Shown in pieces: positions 62,241 through 64,000 of a stretch of 64,000 bases of DNA. The notes under the pieces were generated by a model, which had not been told where the DNA came from, ran no database searches, and saw only the letters and a list, made by a program, of their open reading frames with translations. A program made the translations under genes and the position numbers. The stretch is taken from NCBI RefSeq assembly GCF_006345805.1, contig NW_021836298.1:3430-67429 (forward strand). The letters are read 5' to 3'. Numbering within the stretch: the first letter of the stretch is position 1; the number at the start of each line of letters is the position of its first letter. The DNA comes from Octopus sinensis. Its lineage: Eukaryota.

Positions 62241-62417
62241 ACTGAACGAACACTGCAGAATACATGAAGTAGATCCAGTGTCACTTATAGCTCAACTGTG
62301 GATGACATGAGGTAACCGAATCAGCGAAAGATCTTTAAGTGTCATACTTCTAAATGTATACACAAATTCCAAATATTTACAAATACACACGCACACACAC
62401 ACACACATACAGGGAAG

Positions 62418-63831
62418 ATGATGCTTTGGACGGGAAGAATTACAGAGGTATCAAACTATTAGATGAAGCAATGAAAATTACAGAGAGGGTCACAGACAAA
62501 ATAATTAGGATGTGTGTTAGACTAGAGAAGAGATGCAATTTGGTTTGTGCCACAGCGAAGCACCTCTGATGCTATATTCCTGATAAGGCGGAGCTGCAGG
62601 AGAAGTACAAAGCCAAAGATAAACTCTTGTACTGGGCCTTTGTTAAACACGAGGAGAAAGGCTTTGACAGGATCCCTCGATCCCTTATTTGCTGGTCACT
62701 GCAAAAGCTAGGGATGGACGAATGGTTGGTGAGAGCGTTACCAGTCATGTACAGGGATGCTGTCAGTAAGGTGAGGTTTGGCATCGTGTGTAGCAATCAA
62801 TTAGGGTACAAGTAGGGGTTCACCATGGATTAGTCCTCAGCTCCTTCCTGTTTATCAGAGTCCTCCAGGCAATAACTGAGGAATTTAAGATGAACTGCTT
62901 CTAGGAGATCCCCAATGCTGATGACCTTGTTATCATAGCCGAATAACTTTCAGAACTAGGTAAATTTTAGGTATATCAGTAAGGGCTAGAATCAAAGGAC
63001 CCTAAACTTAGTCTAACAAAAACCAGTTTTAGTAAGTAGGAAAGCGGACAATTCACAAATCCCCTTAGGAAGATGGCACTGTTCGATCTGTAGAAAAAGC
63101 GTAGGTAGGAAGTTCATAAGATGTGCCCAGTGTAAGGTATGGACACATAAGTGTTACAGCAATATCAGAGGAAGGTTAACAGGGATAATAGTTTTTCTGT
63201 GTGGAAGGTGCACAGGTACAATAAACAGCACAAATGTAGAGAAAATAGAGCCATCAATTGCCAGGTAGGTAAGCTACTGGTAGTTGATTAGTTTCCGCTA
63301 TCTCGGTGGCCAAGTCAGGAGTGTGGTTGGTTGTTCCTTGAGTATAGCTGCAAGAATAAGAATAAGATGTGCAAAGTTCAGAATGATCTTAACTCTAATG
63401 GTAACAAAGAGCGTCTCCCTGAGATTGAAAGGCAGATGTTATGATGCCTGTGTGTAAACAACTACGTTACATGTCAGTGAAACATGGGATGTGACCTCTC
63501 TGAGGACTTCCATAGGCTTGAAAGAAATGAAGCCAGTATGCCTCGCTGGATGTACAATGTCAGTGTGCATGTACGACAGAGTATAGGAGTCTTGAGAGAA
63601 AAGCTGAGCATTGAAGACATCAAATAGGGTGTGCAAGAGAGACGTCTGCGTTGGTATGGTCTTGCGATGTGTATGGACATGAACAGCTGTGTCAAAAAGT
63701 GCCGATCTCTAACTGTGGAAGGATCCTTTGGAAGACGGAGACCCAAGAAGACTTTCGATGAGTTGATGAAGAATGATCTCCAACCGTTGGACATCATAGA
63801 GGAGATGACAAGTGACCGAGAGCCCTGGTGA
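62418..63831 (+). mobile_element. Decayed RTE-clade LINE with a Cys/His (PHD-like) segment after the RT core
   Basis: NYRGIKLL, QFGF, FDRIPR, ADDLV, W.CS.C...V....I.C..C..W.H.C, RRLRWYG; many stops and frameshifts. Confidence 0.85.
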
Positions 63832-64000
63832 CGATAAGGATGTGGTCGTTGCCAGTCCTATAAGTGGCAGCCGTGCATCATAGCCGTGGCTGTCGCTTCC
63901 GGTGCCATGTCAATGAAACTGGGTATCATAGTTGTGGTCACCGATGGTGCCATGTAAATTGGCACCTGAGAATTATCGTCGTTGGTGGTGCCATTTAAAT

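Overview
This is eukaryotic, AT-rich, microsatellite- and transposon-dense DNA. The SINE and microsatellite landscape resembles a coleoid cephalopod (Octopus-like); this is inferred from recall, not a database hit. The window holds two convergent paralogues of a spliced gene with an unusual ankyrin-repeat / RING-HC / death-domain (DD) architecture. The minus-strand copy (exons 61351 to 38027, 5' exons apparently beyond the window) splices into an open 340-aa frame. Its RING-DD linker is built from serial duplications of a phase-1 exon-plus-intron unit whose members include the first DD exon. The plus-strand copy (5263-19108) is a multiply disabled pseudogene, and an orphan third 3'UTR lies at about 32.8 kb. 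The second theme is self-cleaving RNA. A near-intact Penelope-like element (RT + GIY-YIG) ends in a minimal hammerhead ribozyme with a variant CUGUNGA core, and three solo copies of that tail occur elsewhere. There is also a tandem tRNA-headed SINE carrying a decayed hammerhead, and two further hammerhead families in a (TA)n cluster at 24.3-25.3 kb. The rest is CR1/L2, RTE and Hero-like LINE pieces, Tc1, a Sola-like transposase relic, Helitrons, piggyBac-type MITEs, several SINE families, a 171-bp tandem repeat, long purine tracts and several fold-back inverted repeats. All calls were made by eye. Exon coordinates were counted to the base; most repeat boundaries are approximate.
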